Source: a gamma proteobacterium symbiont of Ctena orbiculata (GTDB taxonomy: Bacteria; Pseudomonadota; Gammaproteobacteria; Chromatiales; Chromatiaceae). From it: a DNA stretch of 64,000 nt. The position numbers were made by a program, and so were the translations under genes. Where the stretch lies: positions 6,507-70,506 of the forward strand of contig NATV01000102.1 of the NCBI GenBank assembly GCA_003094535.1, in the 5' to 3' direction. The notes below the pieces were generated by a model. That model saw nothing but the letters and a program-made list of their open reading frames with translations. It had not been told where the DNA came from and did not search any database. This document shows positions 63,620 through 64,000 of this stretch, one piece after another (within the stretch, counting starts at the first letter, position 1; each line of letters opens with the position of its first letter).

Positions 63620-64000
63620 ATCCGGTACGATAGGAGCGCATTGCGCTTGAACTACCACCCCTGTCTCTACTGTGCAAACTGCCCTGTCTTTTTACAATTT
63701 CCGTTATATTGTCAGCCTAAAGATTTGCGTTATATTGATGCGGTATGGTTGCGATATGAAGATAGTGGATACTTGGCACTCTACAATCAAAATCGACTAT
63801 TGACCGCATTTTGTATCTGTAGCTCCTACAGACTAACACCTGCGACAGCAAGAGTCGATTTCATCGACCAGGCCTTGCATCATTCGATTCCGTACCCATA
63901 TAAGAAAAACCGGAGGAATTATTGACCTGTTTCTTAAACGAATTTACCGCCAGGGTAAAAGCCCAGGCTGAAACCTCAATCAAATCGTGTTAGCTGATAC

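Overview
Accessory-rich chromosomal segment of a gammaproteobacterium (the lineage, perhaps a sulfur-oxidising Chromatiales/Sedimenticola-like organism, is inference only). No rRNA, tRNA, CRISPR array or transposase was seen. (1) 2-16.8 kb is a zinc/metal-homeostasis island: two minus-strand operons each preceded by Zur-type boxes (zrgA-ABC-DUF3299 plus a small Cys/His gene; and DUF1826 x2 - DUF1007 - RcnA/ZevB-like - two unannotated micro-ORFs - ZnuCBA/AztABC-like ABC - a truncated zur fused to a second zrgA), plus a His-rich metallothionein-like protein. (2) 17-42 kb holds secreted, signalling and transport genes: an arylsulfotransferase-PKD-DUF1566 fusion, an M23 peptidase, bfr, PilZ and GGDEF-EAL proteins, a PQQ dehydrogenase-diheme fusion, a TRAP transporter, a SAM hydrolase and a VWA protein. 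(3) 43.3-52.7 kb is the best candidate for an undescribed system: two convergent operons with sigma54-type promoters and the same tandem palindromic upstream sites, encoding cytochrome c2-DUF302-TlpA on one side and a 12-heme cytochrome, an orphan TorC-like pentaheme, IalB, a ZnuA-fold protein lacking its His ligands, a Cys-to-Ser rhodanese and an ankyrin protein on the other. (4) 53-64 kb has an SDR, a membrane patatin, a stand-alone rsmA, a pentapeptide protein, an HD hydrolase followed by a tandem PGDYG-like/patatin fusion (second candidate system), a methyltransferase and a diguanylate cyclase. Several gene remnants suggest ongoing decay. All family assignments are from motif recognition, not database searches.
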